64,000 bases of DNA from positions 1,039 through 65,038 of the forward strand of contig CAYFZI010000009.1 of the NCBI GenBank assembly GCA_964347635.1. The letters run 5' to 3'. Numbering within the stretch: the stretch's first letter is position 1; each line of letters starts with the position of its first letter. The notes beneath the pieces are model-generated. The model saw only the letters and a list, made by a program, of their open reading frames with translations, did no database searches and had not been told where the DNA came from. Source of the DNA: an uncultured Dehalococcoidia bacterium. GTDB taxonomy: Bacteria > Chloroflexota > Dehalococcoidia > Bin125. This document shows positions 1 through 9,882 of the stretch, one piece after another. The position numbers were made by a program, and so were the translations under genes.

Positions 1-156
1 CTGCTCCGGCCCGGCGCTGCGCAGCGCGACCTGCATCTTTAAGTCGTGATTCGGCTTGCTGCTGGTGAATACCCAGACGCCGCCGCCCACAAGCAGGGCC
101 AGCAGCGCCCACTTCAGCAGCGTCGACCACGACAGCCGCCCCGCCCGCTCCTGCAT
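1..156 (-). CDS. hypothetical membrane-anchored protein, N-terminal fragment (gene runs off the left edge)
   Basis: ATG at 156 with GGGAGGA (complement of 160-166) just upstream. MQERAGRLSWSTLLKWALLALLVGGGVWVFTSSKPNHDLKMQ... is a short basic N-terminus plus one hydrophobic helix. Absent from the ORF track only because it is open-ended. Confidence 0.45.
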   Translation of the reverse strand, partial: MQERAGRLSWSTLLKWALLALLVGGGVWVFTSSKPNHDLKMQVALRSAGPEQ

Positions 157-448
157 TCATCCTCCCGCGCCGCCTGCGCTGCACCGCGCGCACGAAGATT
201 CAGCGTACACACGCATTCCGCCTCGTTCACACACGCCCAGCGAAGCCTTCTTGGCAGCGTGCTTGCCCCCGTCGTCGCCGACACCCTGCCGCCCGCTTGC
301 GGGGGGAGCGGTAGACGGGTCGCAGCATCCATCCCCCGCTAGCGCAGGGGACAGGCGCAGGCAGGGGAAGCGGGAAGACTGGGCCTCTCAAGCTGCGTCG
401 GGGGTTTTGCGGCGTCCGGTTAGTCGTCTGGTTTGCAGTGTCCTGTTA

Positions 449-928
449 TTAGTAGCGTCCGCCCAGCTTTTCGTGGTCCCAGCTGTAGATGCGCGTGGGG
501 TTGATCCGCACCACCGCGCGCTTCGCCGCCTGGCGCCGGCGCTGATCATCGTCCATCGGCGCGGCGCCGCCCGATTGCGCGTTGGGGTTGCGCTTGCGGC
601 CCGTCGCATCCTGCACCGCGATCACCAGATCGGGGTCGTTTTCGATCACGTCCGCGTTGCCTTCGATCACCAGGCCTTTGATCTTCGAGTACTCGGCGCC
701 GCTCTCGAGCATCACCGTGATCCGCGGGTCGCGCTTCAGATTGAGCACCTTCTGCGCTTTGGCGTAGGTCGTGAAGTGAATCTTGTCGTCGATGATCCCG
801 TACCACATCGCAACCAGATGGGGCCAACCGTTGCGGCCGATCGAGGCCACTTGCAGCGTCCAGCCCGTCTCCACGAACTCCTGCATCTCGTCCTCGGTCA
901 TCTCGATCATGCTGCGGCGGCTTGGCAT
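449..928 (-). CDS. pyridoxamine 5'-phosphate oxidase (PPOX) family protein, probable F420/FMN-dependent split-barrel enzyme
   Basis: C-terminal 159 aa of ORF 449..1831; the upstream part is R/A/G junk overlapping fumC. ATG at 928 preceded by GGAGAGGA. Sequence WTLQVASIGRNGWPHLVAMWYGIIDDKIHFTTYAKAQKVLNLKRDPRITVML is typical of PPOX-class proteins. Confidence 0.8.
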   Translation of the reverse strand: MPSRRSMIEMTEDEMQEFVETGWTLQVASIGRNGWPHLVAMWYGIIDDKIHFTTYAKAQKVLNLKRDPRITVMLESGAEYSKIKGLVIEGNADVIENDPDLVIAVQDATGRKRNPNAQSGGAAPMDDDQRRRQAAKRAVVRINPTRIYSWDHEKLGGRY

Positions 929-972
929 CGCGCTGTCCTCTCCGTGCCTCTCGGTGCTTGCTGCGGCGCAGC

Positions 973-2373
973 CTAGGGCCGCGTCATCTCTTCGGGGCGC
1001 ACCCACGCGGCGAACTGGTCGGCGCTGAGCAGGCCCAGCTCGATGCCGGCTGCGGCCAGCGTCGAGTTGTCGGCGTGCGCCTTCTTGGCGATCGCCGCGG
1101 CCTTGTCGTAGCCCAGGTGCGGGTTGAGCGCCGTGACCAGCATCAGCGATGAGCGCATCAACTCGTCGATCCGTTGATCGTTCGGCTCTGTGCCGGCGAT
1201 GCAGTTGTCGGCGAAGGAGACCGCCGCATCGCCCAACAGCCGAATGCTCTGCAGATTGTTGAAGGCGATCACGGGCTTGAACACGTTGAGCTCGAAGTGC
1301 CCGTTCGCCCCGCCCACGCTGACCGCGACCGCGTTGCCCATGACCTGCGCGCAGACCATCGTCAGCGCTTCCGATTGGGTCGGGTTGACCTTGCCCGGCA
1401 TGATGCTGCTGCCGGGCTCGTTGGCCGGCAGGTTGAGCTCGCCTAAGCCGGCGCGCGGGCCGGAGCCGAGCATCCGCACATCGTTGCCGACCTTCATCAG
1501 CGAGGCGGCGATCGTGTTCAGCACGCCGGCCAGCTCGACTTGCGCATCGTGCGCCGCCAGCGCCTCGAACTTGTTCGGCGCCGAGATGAACGGCAGCGCG
1601 GTGATCCGTGCGATCTCCGCCGCCACGCGGTCGGCGTATTCGGGGTGCGAGTTGAGCCCCGTGCCGACAGCGGTGCCGCCCAGCGCCAGCTCGTAGAGCC
1701 GCGGCAGCGCCGCCCGCGCCCGCTCGACGCCGTAGCGCAGCTGCTGGCAGTAGCCCGAAAACTCCTGCCCCAGCGTCAGCGGCACCGCATCCATGAAGTG
1801 CGTGCGCCCGATCTTCACGATCCCGCTCCACGCCTCCGCTTTCGCTTCGAGCGCCCCGAGCAGGTGTTCGAGCGCGGGAATCAGATGCTGCTGCGTCTGC
1901 TCTGCTGTGGCGACCGCCATCGCGCCGGGAAAGACATCGTTGGACGACTGCGACATATTGACGTGGTCGTTGGGGTGGACCGGCGTCTTCGAGCCGCGCT
2001 CGCCGCCGAGCAGCTCGATCGCGCGGTTCGAGATCACCTCGTTGGCGTTCATGTTCGATTGCGTACCGGAGCCGGTCTGCCAGACGACGAGCGGGAAGTG
2101 GTCGTCGAGCTCGCCGTCGATCACCTGCTGCGCGGCTGTGCGGATCGCATCGGCCAGGCCCGCGTCGAGCTTGCCCAAATCCTGATTGACGGTCGCTGAG
2201 GCGTGCTTGATCAGGCCCATCGCGCGCAGCAGCGGGCGCGGCATCCGCTCGCCGCCGATCTTGAAGTTCTCCAGCGAGCGCTGCGTCTGCGCGCCCCAGT
2301 AGCGGTCCGCGGCGACCGCGACCTCGCCCATCGTGTCCGACTCGATCCGCATCTCAGCGCGCTCTTCGCTCAT
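973..2373 (-). CDS. fumC: fumarate hydratase, class II
   Basis: 466 aa, full length. Carries the fumarase/aspartase signature [16 protein letters not shown]. Ends in TAG at 973-975. Confidence 0.97.
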   Translation of the reverse strand: MSEERAEMRIESDTMGEVAVAADRYWGAQTQRSLENFKIGGERMPRPLLRAMGLIKHASATVNQDLGKLDAGLADAIRTAAQQVIDGELDDHFPLVVWQTGSGTQSNMNANEVISNRAIELLGGERGSKTPVHPNDHVNMSQSSNDVFPGAMAVATAEQTQQHLIPALEHLLGALEAKAEAWSGIVKIGRTHFMDAVPLTLGQEFSGYCQQLRYGVERARAALPRLYELALGGTAVGTGLNSHPEYADRVAAEIARITALPFISAPNKFEALAAHDAQVELAGVLNTIAASLMKVGNDVRMLGSGPRAGLGELNLPANEPGSSIMPGKVNPTQSEALTMVCAQVMGNAVAVSVGGANGHFELNVFKPVIAFNNLQSIRLLGDAAVSFADNCIAGTEPNDQRIDELMRSSLMLVTALNPHLGYDKAAAIAKKAHADNSTLAAAGIELGLLSADQFAAWVRPEEMTRP

Positions 2374-2439
2374 GCCTCTGCCCTTCTCTGCTCTCGCTGG
2401 CTGCCGGCCGCCCGCTGTCGACTGTCGGCTGCGCGGCGC

Positions 2440-3372
2440 TCAGGCCAGCCGGGCCAAGTCGTCCACCAGCCCTTGCACCGCGTCGGCGGAGTGCTGCAGC
2501 GCTGCCTGCTCGGCGTCGGTCAGGGAAATCTCCAGCACCCGCTCGATCCCGCCGGAGCCGAGGATCACGGGGACGCCGATGAACAGCCCGTCGATCCCGT
2601 ACTGCCCCTCGAGCAGCGCTGCGCAGGGCAGAATGCGGCGCTTGTTCAGCGCGATGCTGTCGACCATCTGCGCGACCGCCGCGGAGGGCGCGTAGAAGGC
2701 GCTGCCTGTCTTGAGCAGGTTTACGATCTCCGCGCCGCCGCCGCGCGTGCGTTGAATGATCGCCGCGATCTGCTCCGGCGGCAGCAGCTCGGCGATCGGA
2801 ATGCCGGCCGCCGTCGTGTAGGAGGCGAGCGGCACCATCGTGTCGCCGTGGCCGCCCAGCACGTAGGCGTGCACATCCTCGACGCTCACGTTGAGCGCCT
2901 CAGCGACAAACGAGCGGTAGCGCGCCGTATCCAGAATGCCGGCCATCCCGACGACGCGGCTCGGCGGGATGCCGGCCGCGTCGTAGGCCACGTGGCACAT
3001 CGCATCGAGCGGATTGCTGACCACCACCAGCACCGCCTCGGGCGAGGCGGCGATCGCCTTGCGCGAGACATCGTCGACGATCTTCATGTTGATGCTGAGC
3101 AGGTCGTCGCGGCTCATGCCCGGCTTGCGGGCGACGCCGGAGGTGATCACCACAATGTCCGAGCCGGCCGTCGCGGTGTAGTCGGTCGCGCCGCAGAGCG
3201 CTGCATCGACGCCGACGACGGGGCTGGCCTCGAACATGTCCAGCGCCTTGCCCTCGGCCAGGCCCTCGACAATGTCGACCAGGACAACATCGGCGTAGCC
3301 GCGTTCGGCCAGCCGCTGGGCGGTCGTCGCGCCCACGTTGCCCGCTCCGACGACGGTCACCTTTGTGCGCAT
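2440..3372 (-). CDS. mdh: malate dehydrogenase (LDH-like MDH family)
   Basis: 310 aa. N-terminal Rossmann motif [24 protein letters not shown] (complement of 3384-3389) lies 11 nt before ATG 3372. Confidence 0.95.
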   Translation of the reverse strand: MRTKVTVVGAGNVGATTAQRLAERGYADVVLVDIVEGLAEGKALDMFEASPVVGVDAALCGATDYTATAGSDIVVITSGVARKPGMSRDDLLSINMKIVDDVSRKAIAASPEAVLVVVSNPLDAMCHVAYDAAGIPPSRVVGMAGILDTARYRSFVAEALNVSVEDVHAYVLGGHGDTMVPLASYTTAAGIPIAELLPPEQIAAIIQRTRGGGAEIVNLLKTGSAFYAPSAAVAQMVDSIALNKRRILPCAALLEGQYGIDGLFIGVPVILGSGGIERVLEISLTDAEQAALQHSADAVQGLVDDLARLA

Positions 3373-3563
3373 GGGTCAGCCTGCTCCTTGGTCTGCTGCT
3401 TGTGGTGTGCTGTTTGTTCTGCCGCAAACTTGCCGTCATTCCTGCGAGCGGAGGCCGCCGCCGGCCCCCGCGCTGCCCCGCTTGCCGGGCTGCAGGGCGC
3501 AGCCTGCATAGAAGGCATAGAAGGGAGGCATAGGAGACTGTTCGGCACGCCGCCGGCCGCCTG

Positions 3564-5867
3564 CTAGCCGCGCCCGGAGATCATGTTCAGTGCGCTGCCG
3601 GCCCGGAACCAGGCGATCTGTGCGTCGGTGTAGGAGTGCTGCACGGGCACGCTGTCGGAGCTGCCGTCGGCGCGGTCGATGCGCAGCTCGAGCGGTTCGC
3701 CCGGCGCCATCGCGGCGAGGCCGAGCACCGAGAGCCGATCCGTCTGCCCGATCAGGTCGTAGTGGGCCGGGTCGCTGAAGGTCAGCGCCAGCAGCCCTTG
3801 CTTTTTGAGGTTCGTCTCCGCGATCCGCGCGAAGGAGCGCGCGATCACGACCAGCCCGCCGAGGTGGCGCAGCTCCATCGCCGCGTGCTCGCGGCTCGAA
3901 CCTTCGCCGTAGTTCTCGTCGCCCACGGCGGCCCAGCGCAATCCGGCCTCCTTGTAGGCCCGCGCGACGGCGTTCACGGGTTGGCCGTCCTCGCCGCTGA
4001 GCTGATTGAGCGTCGTGCCGGTCGCGCCGTTGAATGCGTTCACGCCGCCCGCGAACAGATTGCCGGAGATATTGCCCAAGTGCCCGCGGAAGCGCAGCCA
4101 CGCTCCGGCCGGCGAGATGTGGTCCGTGGTCGTCTTGCCGCGCGTCTTGAGCAGCAGCGGCAGCGCCTCGTAGTCGCGCCCGTCCCAGGCCGGGAACGGC
4201 GTGAGCCGTTCCAGGCGGTTGCTCTCGGGCACGATGATCACTTCCACGTTCGAGCCGTCCGCGGGCGGCGCGATATAGCCCGATTCGCCGCCCTCGAAGC
4301 CGCTCGGCGGCAGCTCTGCGCCGCTCGGCGGCGCGAAGCGGAACTGGCCGCCGTCGTGCTCGATCGCGTCGCTGCGCGGGTCGAAATCGATCGCGCCGGC
4401 GAAGGCCGCGGCCACGACCAGCTCGGGGCTGCCGATGAAGGCCAGGGTGTTGCGGTTGGCGTCGTTGCGGCCGGGAAAGTTGCGGTTGAACGAAGTCACG
4501 ATCGTGTTCTGCTCGGCGCCCTCGAGGTCCCCGCGCTTCCACTGCCCGATGCAGGGCCCGCAAGCGTTGGCGAGCACCGTCGCGCCGGCGCGCTCGAACG
4601 CGGCCAGCTGGCCGTCGCGCTCGGTGGTGGCCCGAATCTGCTCCGAACCGGGCGTCACCAGCAGCGGCACCTGCAGCTCGAGGCCGGCCGCGGCGGCCTG
4701 CTGCGCGACATCGGCGGCGCGGCTGATGTCCTCGTAGGAGGAGTTGGTGCAGGAGCCGATCAGCGCGTTGCGCGGCGCGGCGGGGTAGCCCTGCGCGGCC
4801 ATAAAGCCGCCGATTTCGGCCACCGTGTTGTGCAGATCGGGCGTGTGCGGCCCCACCCAGCCGGGCTCCAGCGTGCTCAGGTCGATCTCGATCAAGCGGT
4901 CGAAGATCTGGCCCCGCGCGGCCTCCACGCCGTCGTCCGCGCGCAGCAGCGCCGCGTGCTCGCGCGCCAGCGCCGCGATCGCACCGCGCTCCGTGCTCTC
5001 CAGGTAGGCGGCGGTGCGCTCGTCGAACGGGAACAGCGACGTCGTCGCGCCGATCTCCGCGCCCATATTCGTAATCGTCGCGCGGCCGGTCGCGCTCAGC
5101 GACGCGACGCCCGGCCCGAAGTACTCCAGGATCGCGCCAGTGCCGCCCTTCACGGTTAGCTCGGCGGCGACGCGGAGGATCACATCCTTGGGCGCCGTCC
5201 AGCCGTCCAGCGCGCCGCTCAGATAGACGCCGATCAGGCGCGGCATCGCCACGCCCCAGCCGATCCCCGCCATCACATCCACAGCGTCCGCGCCGCCCAC
5301 GCCGATCGCGATCATCCCCAGCCCGCCGGCGTTCGGCGTGTGGCTGTCGGTGCCGATCATCATGCCGCCCGGGAAGGCGTAGTTTTCCAGCACGACCTGG
5401 TGAATGATCCCGCTGCCGGGCTGCCAGAAGCCCGCCCCGTAGCGCGCTGCGGCGCTGCGCAAAAAGGTGTAGACCTCTTCGTTCTCGTCGATCGCGGCGG
5501 CCAGATCCGGCTCCGCGCCGACGCGCGCTTGGATCAGGTGGTCGCAGTGCACGGTGGTCGGCACGGCGACCCGCTCGAGCCCGGCCAGCTCGAACTGCAG
5601 CAGCGCCATCTGCGCCGTTGCATCCTGCAGCGCGACTCGGTCCGGCTGCAGCTCCGCGTGATCCGCGCCGCGCCCCAGCGGTTGATTGGCGGGGTCGACA
5701 AAATGGCCGAAGAGGATCTTCTCGGTCAGCGTCAGCGGCCGTTCGATGCGGCCGCGGGCAACGCCGACGGCGCTGTGCAGGCGCGCATAGGCGTCCGCGA
5801 TCCGCTGGATCGTGTCGGGCTCATGCATGGGGCGTCCATCTCCGCTCGGCGCGCCGGCGCGCTCCAT
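3564..5867 (-). CDS. acnA: aconitate hydratase, mitochondrial-type (about 760 aa) aconitase
   Basis: PLTLTEKILFGHF...LQPDRVALQDATAQMALLQFELAGLERVAVPTTVHCDHLIQA closely parallels the mitochondrial ACO2 N-terminus. Alternative start ATG 5828 (MHEPDT) has a GGAG upstream and may be the true start. Confidence 0.93.
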   Translation of the reverse strand: MERAGAPSGDGRPMHEPDTIQRIADAYARLHSAVGVARGRIERPLTLTEKILFGHFVDPANQPLGRGADHAELQPDRVALQDATAQMALLQFELAGLERVAVPTTVHCDHLIQARVGAEPDLAAAIDENEEVYTFLRSAAARYGAGFWQPGSGIIHQVVLENYAFPGGMMIGTDSHTPNAGGLGMIAIGVGGADAVDVMAGIGWGVAMPRLIGVYLSGALDGWTAPKDVILRVAAELTVKGGTGAILEYFGPGVASLSATGRATITNMGAEIGATTSLFPFDERTAAYLESTERGAIAALAREHAALLRADDGVEAARGQIFDRLIEIDLSTLEPGWVGPHTPDLHNTVAEIGGFMAAQGYPAAPRNALIGSCTNSSYEDISRAADVAQQAAAAGLELQVPLLVTPGSEQIRATTERDGQLAAFERAGATVLANACGPCIGQWKRGDLEGAEQNTIVTSFNRNFPGRNDANRNTLAFIGSPELVVAAAFAGAIDFDPRSDAIEHDGGQFRFAPPSGAELPPSGFEGGESGYIAPPADGSNVEVIIVPESNRLERLTPFPAWDGRDYEALPLLLKTRGKTTTDHISPAGAWLRFRGHLGNISGNLFAGGVNAFNGATGTTLNQLSGEDGQPVNAVARAYKEAGLRWAAVGDENYGEGSSREHAAMELRHLGGLVVIARSFARIAETNLKKQGLLALTFSDPAHYDLIGQTDRLSVLGLAAMAPGEPLELRIDRADGSSDSVPVQHSYTDAQIAWFRAGSALNMISGRG

Positions 5868-5888
5868 TCGTAATACACCACTAGCGCC

Positions 5889-7460
5889 CTAGAGCGGGAT
5901 GTTCCCGTGCTTCTTGGGCGGCGACGTATCGACCTTGGTGTTGAGCATCGCCAGCGCGCGGATCACCGCGCTGCGCGTGTCGCGCGGGTCGATCACATCG
6001 TCGACGAAGCCGAGCTCGGCGGCTTGGTAGGGGCGGTAGAACTCGGCCTCGTATTCGGCGATCAGCGCGGCGCGTTCGGCCGCCGAATCGGCGGCGGCGG
6101 CGATCCGGCGGCGGTGAATGATGTTCACCGCGCCGTCCGATCCGGTCACCGCGATCTGCGCCGTGGGCCAGGCCAGATTGATATCGGAGCGCAGGTGTTT
6201 CGAGCTCATCACCACATACGCGCCGCCGATCGACTTGCGCAGCGTGACGGCGACCTTCGGCACCGTGGCCTCGGCGTAGGCGTAGAGCAGCTTGGCGCCG
6301 TGCGCGATGATCCCGCCGTACTCCTGCTGCGTGCCGGGCAAAAAGCCGGGCACATCGACGAGCGTCACGATCGGAATGTTCAAGCAGTCGCAGAAGCGCA
6401 CGAAGCGCGCCGCTTTGCGCGAGGCGTCGATGTCCAGCACGCCGGCCAGCGTGTCTGGATCGTTGGCCACGACGCCCACGCCGTAGCCGCCCAGGTGGGC
6501 GAAGCCGATCACGATATTGCGCGCCCACTGAGCCTGAATTTCGAGGAACTGGCCGTTGTCGACCATCTCGCGGATCACGTGGCGGATGTCGTACGGGGCG
6601 CTCGAATCGGCCGGCACCAGATCCAGCAGCGCATCGAGCCGCCGCTCAGGCGGATCGCCCGTATCGACCCAGCGCGGCTCCTCCATGTTGTTCTGGGGCA
6701 GGAAGGTGAGCAGCTCGCGCACCGTGTTGAGCGTCGCGTCCTCGCCGGGAATGCAGAAGTGGGCCACACCGGTGCGCGTCGCGTGGGTCAGCGCGCCGCC
6801 CAGCTCTTCGTGCGTGACCTCTTCACCGCTGACCGCGCGAATCACGTCCGGCCCCGTGATGTACATCTGGCCGCTGCCCTGGACCATGAAAATGAAGTCC
6901 ATGATCGCCGGCGAATAGACGCCGCCGCCCGCGGCCGGGCCGGCGCAGACGGCGATCTGGGGGACCAGGCCGGAGCTCAGCGTGTTGCGCAGGAAAATCT
7001 CGCCGTAACCGCGCAGCGAAGTGACGCCCTCCTGAATCCGCGCGCCGCCGCCGTCGTTGATCGCGACGATCGGCGCGCCGACCTTCATCGAGAGGTCTTG
7101 CACCTTGGCGATTTTTTCCGCCGCCGCCTCCGAGACCGAGCCGCCGTAGAGGGTGAAGTCCTGGGCGTAGGCGAAGACGGTGCGGCCGTCCACCGTGCCG
7201 TGCCCAACGACCACCGCGTCGCCCTCGGGGCGGTTGTTCTCCAGCCCAAACCCCGAGCCGCGGTGCTTGACGAACGGGTCGATCTCGGTGAACGAGCCGG
7301 CATCGAACAGGATGTCGAGCCGCTCGCGGGCGGTCAGCTTGCCGCGCGCGTGCTGGCGCTGCAGCGCGCCGGCGCGCGAGCTCGTCGCCCCGTTGAGGCG
7401 GCGCTCGGCCATCTCCTCCAGGAGCATGTCCATACCTGAGCGGGTGCTCTCTGCAACCAT
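5889..7460 (-). CDS. acyl-CoA carboxylase carboxyltransferase (beta) subunit, propionyl-CoA carboxylase / methylmalonyl-CoA carboxyltransferase family
   Basis: QHARGKLTARERLDILFDAGSFTEIDPFVKHR... and a full two-domain carboxyltransferase body. Start uncertain: ATG 7460, 7433 or the ORF maximum 7520. Confidence 0.9.
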   Translation of the reverse strand: MVAESTRSGMDMLLEEMAERRLNGATSSRAGALQRQHARGKLTARERLDILFDAGSFTEIDPFVKHRGSGFGLENNRPEGDAVVVGHGTVDGRTVFAYAQDFTLYGGSVSEAAAEKIAKVQDLSMKVGAPIVAINDGGGARIQEGVTSLRGYGEIFLRNTLSSGLVPQIAVCAGPAAGGGVYSPAIMDFIFMVQGSGQMYITGPDVIRAVSGEEVTHEELGGALTHATRTGVAHFCIPGEDATLNTVRELLTFLPQNNMEEPRWVDTGDPPERRLDALLDLVPADSSAPYDIRHVIREMVDNGQFLEIQAQWARNIVIGFAHLGGYGVGVVANDPDTLAGVLDIDASRKAARFVRFCDCLNIPIVTLVDVPGFLPGTQQEYGGIIAHGAKLLYAYAEATVPKVAVTLRKSIGGAYVVMSSKHLRSDINLAWPTAQIAVTGSDGAVNIIHRRRIAAAADSAAERAALIAEYEAEFYRPYQAAELGFVDDVIDPRDTRSAVIRALAMLNTKVDTSPPKKHGNIPL

Positions 7461-7623
7461 CGGCGATCCGTTGCATGGTCGAGCGGCGAGGCCTCCGCCC
7501 CGCCGCTTCACGACGCGCATATGCTATCTGGTAGCTGCGGCCCCGTCGGGTCCGGCGCAGCGCGCGTCGAGTTTAACATAGCCCGGATCGCCGAACAATC
7601 GCCGTCCCTGCGCCGCGCGGCGC

Positions 7624-8328
7624 CTAGCCGGGCGGCTCCGTGCGCCCCTCCGGCTCAGTTGTCTGCGCTTCAGCCTGATCTGCCGCCTGATTTTCCACCT
7701 GATCTGCCGGCTGCTCTGCCGCCGGCTCCGGCGGCGGTGGGATGACCAGCTCCTGGCCGACGAAGAGGTTGTCCGCCTCAAAGGCGGACAGGTTGTTGTA
7801 GGCGGCGAGCTCTTCCCAGCCGAAGCCGAAGGAGTCCGCGATACCGGCCAGCGTGTCGCCGGCCTGCACGATGTAGATTTCGCCCGGCCGCTGCTCCGGC
7901 TCCGCCGCCGCTGCTTCGGCGGCCGCCTCCGCCGCCGCAGGCGCCGCGCTGCCGCAGGCGCCTTCGCGAATCGGAATCCGCAGCTCGTCGCCGATCTGCA
8001 GCGTGTTGACGTCGACAATCGTGTTGAGCCGCTGAATCTCCGCCGTGGTGATGCAGAACTGCGACGCGATCGAGTCGAGCGTGTCGCCCGGCTGGACGGC
8101 GTAGATGATCTCCGTCTGCGGGGCGCTCTCGGCCGTGACCGTATCGCGGAAGAGATAGGGCTGGGGCAGCGGGTCGGGCAGCGCCTCAACGGGGATCGCG
8201 CTGCCGTCCGGCAGCTGCGGGCCCGCCTGCGGCGCTGCGCTCAGCGGCGCATCGCCGCCGCCGCAGGCCGCCGGCACGACAGCAGCAAGACATAACAGCA
8301 CGGCGAGGAGAGCGCTCGATGATCTCAC
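7624..8328 (-). CDS. secreted/lipid-anchored protein with two LysM domains
   Basis: Two LysM repeats (YAVQPGDTLDSIASQFCITTAEIQRLN...IGDELRIP and YIVQAGDTLAGIADSFGFGWEELAAYNNL...VGQELVIP). GTG 8328 gives the signal-like SSALLAVLLCLAAVVPAAC and overlaps the upstream stop as GTGA. Confidence 0.8.
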   Translation of the reverse strand: MRSSSALLAVLLCLAAVVPAACGGGDAPLSAAPQAGPQLPDGSAIPVEALPDPLPQPYLFRDTVTAESAPQTEIIYAVQPGDTLDSIASQFCITTAEIQRLNTIVDVNTLQIGDELRIPIREGACGSAAPAAAEAAAEAAAAEPEQRPGEIYIVQAGDTLAGIADSFGFGWEELAAYNNLSAFEADNLFVGQELVIPPPPEPAAEQPADQVENQAADQAEAQTTEPEGRTEPPG

Positions 8329-9794
8329 GGGTCCGCAGCATCGCACGCGAGCCGCGGCTCGATCGCCGAGCCGGCCCGCTCCAGCAAACATTCCAGCACC
8401 GCGTGCGCCAACAGGCCGACATCGCGCACCAGCGCCTCGTCCAGGTTGTCCAGATTGTCGGCCGGCGTGTGCAGGATGCCGCCGCTGAGGAAGGGAAAGA
8501 TGACGGGAATCCCGGCGTTCTGGAAAGGCAGATGATCGGAGCCGATGAGCCACGGCAACTGCCCCGCTTCGACCTCAATCCCGAGCTGCGCGCCCAGCCT
8601 GCCCAGCACGACGGCCAGCTCCGCATCGCCGATCGCAAGGATCGGCCGATTCCCGTCGCCGAATGCATCGAGATTGAGCATCGCGGTGATCGCGTCCAGC
8701 TCGCCCGAATCGCGCGCCGCCGCGATGAACGCCGTCGACCCGTGCAGGCCCAGCTCCTCCGCGCCGAAGCCGATGAGGCACAAGTCCGCAGCGCTATCGG
8801 CCTCCGCCCAGGCCCGCGCCAGCCCCAGCACGGTCGCCGCGCCGCTCGCGTTGTCGTTCGCGCCGACCACGTTCGGCACAGTGTCGTAGTGCCCGCCGAC
8901 GACCACGCGGCAGACGCCGCCGGGCCGCCGCGCCACGACGTTCCATGAGTGGTTGGTCGAAGAGGAGGGCGCCTCGATCACCGCGGCAGCTGCTGCGCGC
9001 GCGCGCAGCAGCTCGCCGCTGCGGCTGTCAGCGGCGAAGACGGGAATTTGCCCCGGCGCTTCGAGTCTGCCGTTGAAGAGCGCCTCGCGCTGGTTGACCA
9101 CCACAAGCGCTGCCGCGCCGGCGGCCTCGGCGTTGCGCTGCTTGGCGCTGAAGCGCAGTTCACCGCGCGCGACCACCGCGATCGCGCCCTCGACATCGAC
9201 GGCGGCGAAGTCCTCGGGCGCGCCGACGCCGGGCACGGCAGCAATCGGCCCCGCCGCCGCGGCCCCAGAGCTTGGCTCCATCCGCCGCAGTTGGAGGCTC
9301 AGCTGCTCCGCTGCAGCGCTGCTCCGGCCGGCCACATTGATGACGTGCAGCGGTTCGCGGAAGCTGAACTCGAACGGCTCGATCGCGGCCGCATAGCCGA
9401 GGCGGCGCAGCTCCGCGGCGAGGAAATCGACCGCCGCCCGCTCGCCGGGCCGGCCGTTGAAGCGCGCCCCAATCTCGCCCGCCAAGGCGCGCAGCTGCGC
9501 GAGCGTGTACTCGGCGTCGTACGGCTCGGGCGCCGCGATCCGGCCGCCGGCGGGTCGGCGCTGATCGCCTCCCGCCGTCTGCTGCGCAGCAGCGGCAGCC
9601 TGCTGCGGCTGCGGCCGTGCTTGCTGCTCTTGTTGCTGCTGCTTCGGCTGCTGCGGCTGCGCTTGCTGCAGCGGCGCCGCTTGGTTGGCTGGTTGGCTGG
9701 CGGGCGCGGATGGAATTGCGTCGCCGCTGCATGCGGCAAGCAGCAGCGCGGCGGCGATTCCAAGCCAGCTCAGGCAGCGACCGGCCGATCTCAC
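8325..9794 (-). CDS. M28-family aminopeptidase lipoprotein with PA (protease-associated) insert
   Basis: Lipobox LLLAAC at the N-terminus and a Gln-rich linker. M28 metal-site context NVVARRPGG...VVVGGHYDTV...GANDNASG...FGAEELGLHGS. GTG start 9794 with GGGAG upstream. Confidence 0.85.
   Translation of the reverse strand: MRSAGRCLSWLGIAAALLLAACSGDAIPSAPASQPANQAAPLQQAQPQQPKQQQQEQQARPQPQQAAAAAQQTAGGDQRRPAGGRIAAPEPYDAEYTLAQLRALAGEIGARFNGRPGERAAVDFLAAELRRLGYAAAIEPFEFSFREPLHVINVAGRSSAAAEQLSLQLRRMEPSSGAAAAGPIAAVPGVGAPEDFAAVDVEGAIAVVARGELRFSAKQRNAEAAGAAALVVVNQREALFNGRLEAPGQIPVFAADSRSGELLRARAAAAAVIEAPSSSTNHSWNVVARRPGGVCRVVVGGHYDTVPNVVGANDNASGAATVLGLARAWAEADSAADLCLIGFGAEELGLHGSTAFIAAARDSGELDAITAMLNLDAFGDGNRPILAIGDAELAVVLGRLGAQLGIEVEAGQLPWLIGSDHLPFQNAGIPVIFPFLSGGILHTPADNLDNLDEALVRDVGLLAHAVLECLLERAGSAIEPRLACDAADP
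9579..9668 (-). repeat. CAG/CAA-rich (CTG on plus strand) trinucleotide-like tract encoding a Gln-rich linker in the M28 lipoprotein
   Basis: Encodes QQAQPQQPKQQQQEQQARPQPQQAAAAAQQ. The plus strand reads ...CTGCTGCTGCTTCGGCTGCTGCGGCTG... Confidence 0.7.
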
Positions 9795-9882
9795 GCTGGG
9801 CTCCCGTCATAAGCGATCGCGCCGCCGCCCGCCGGCAGGAGGGGCAGCGGCGGCAGGCACAGCCGGCCGGCAGCCGCGCCCG

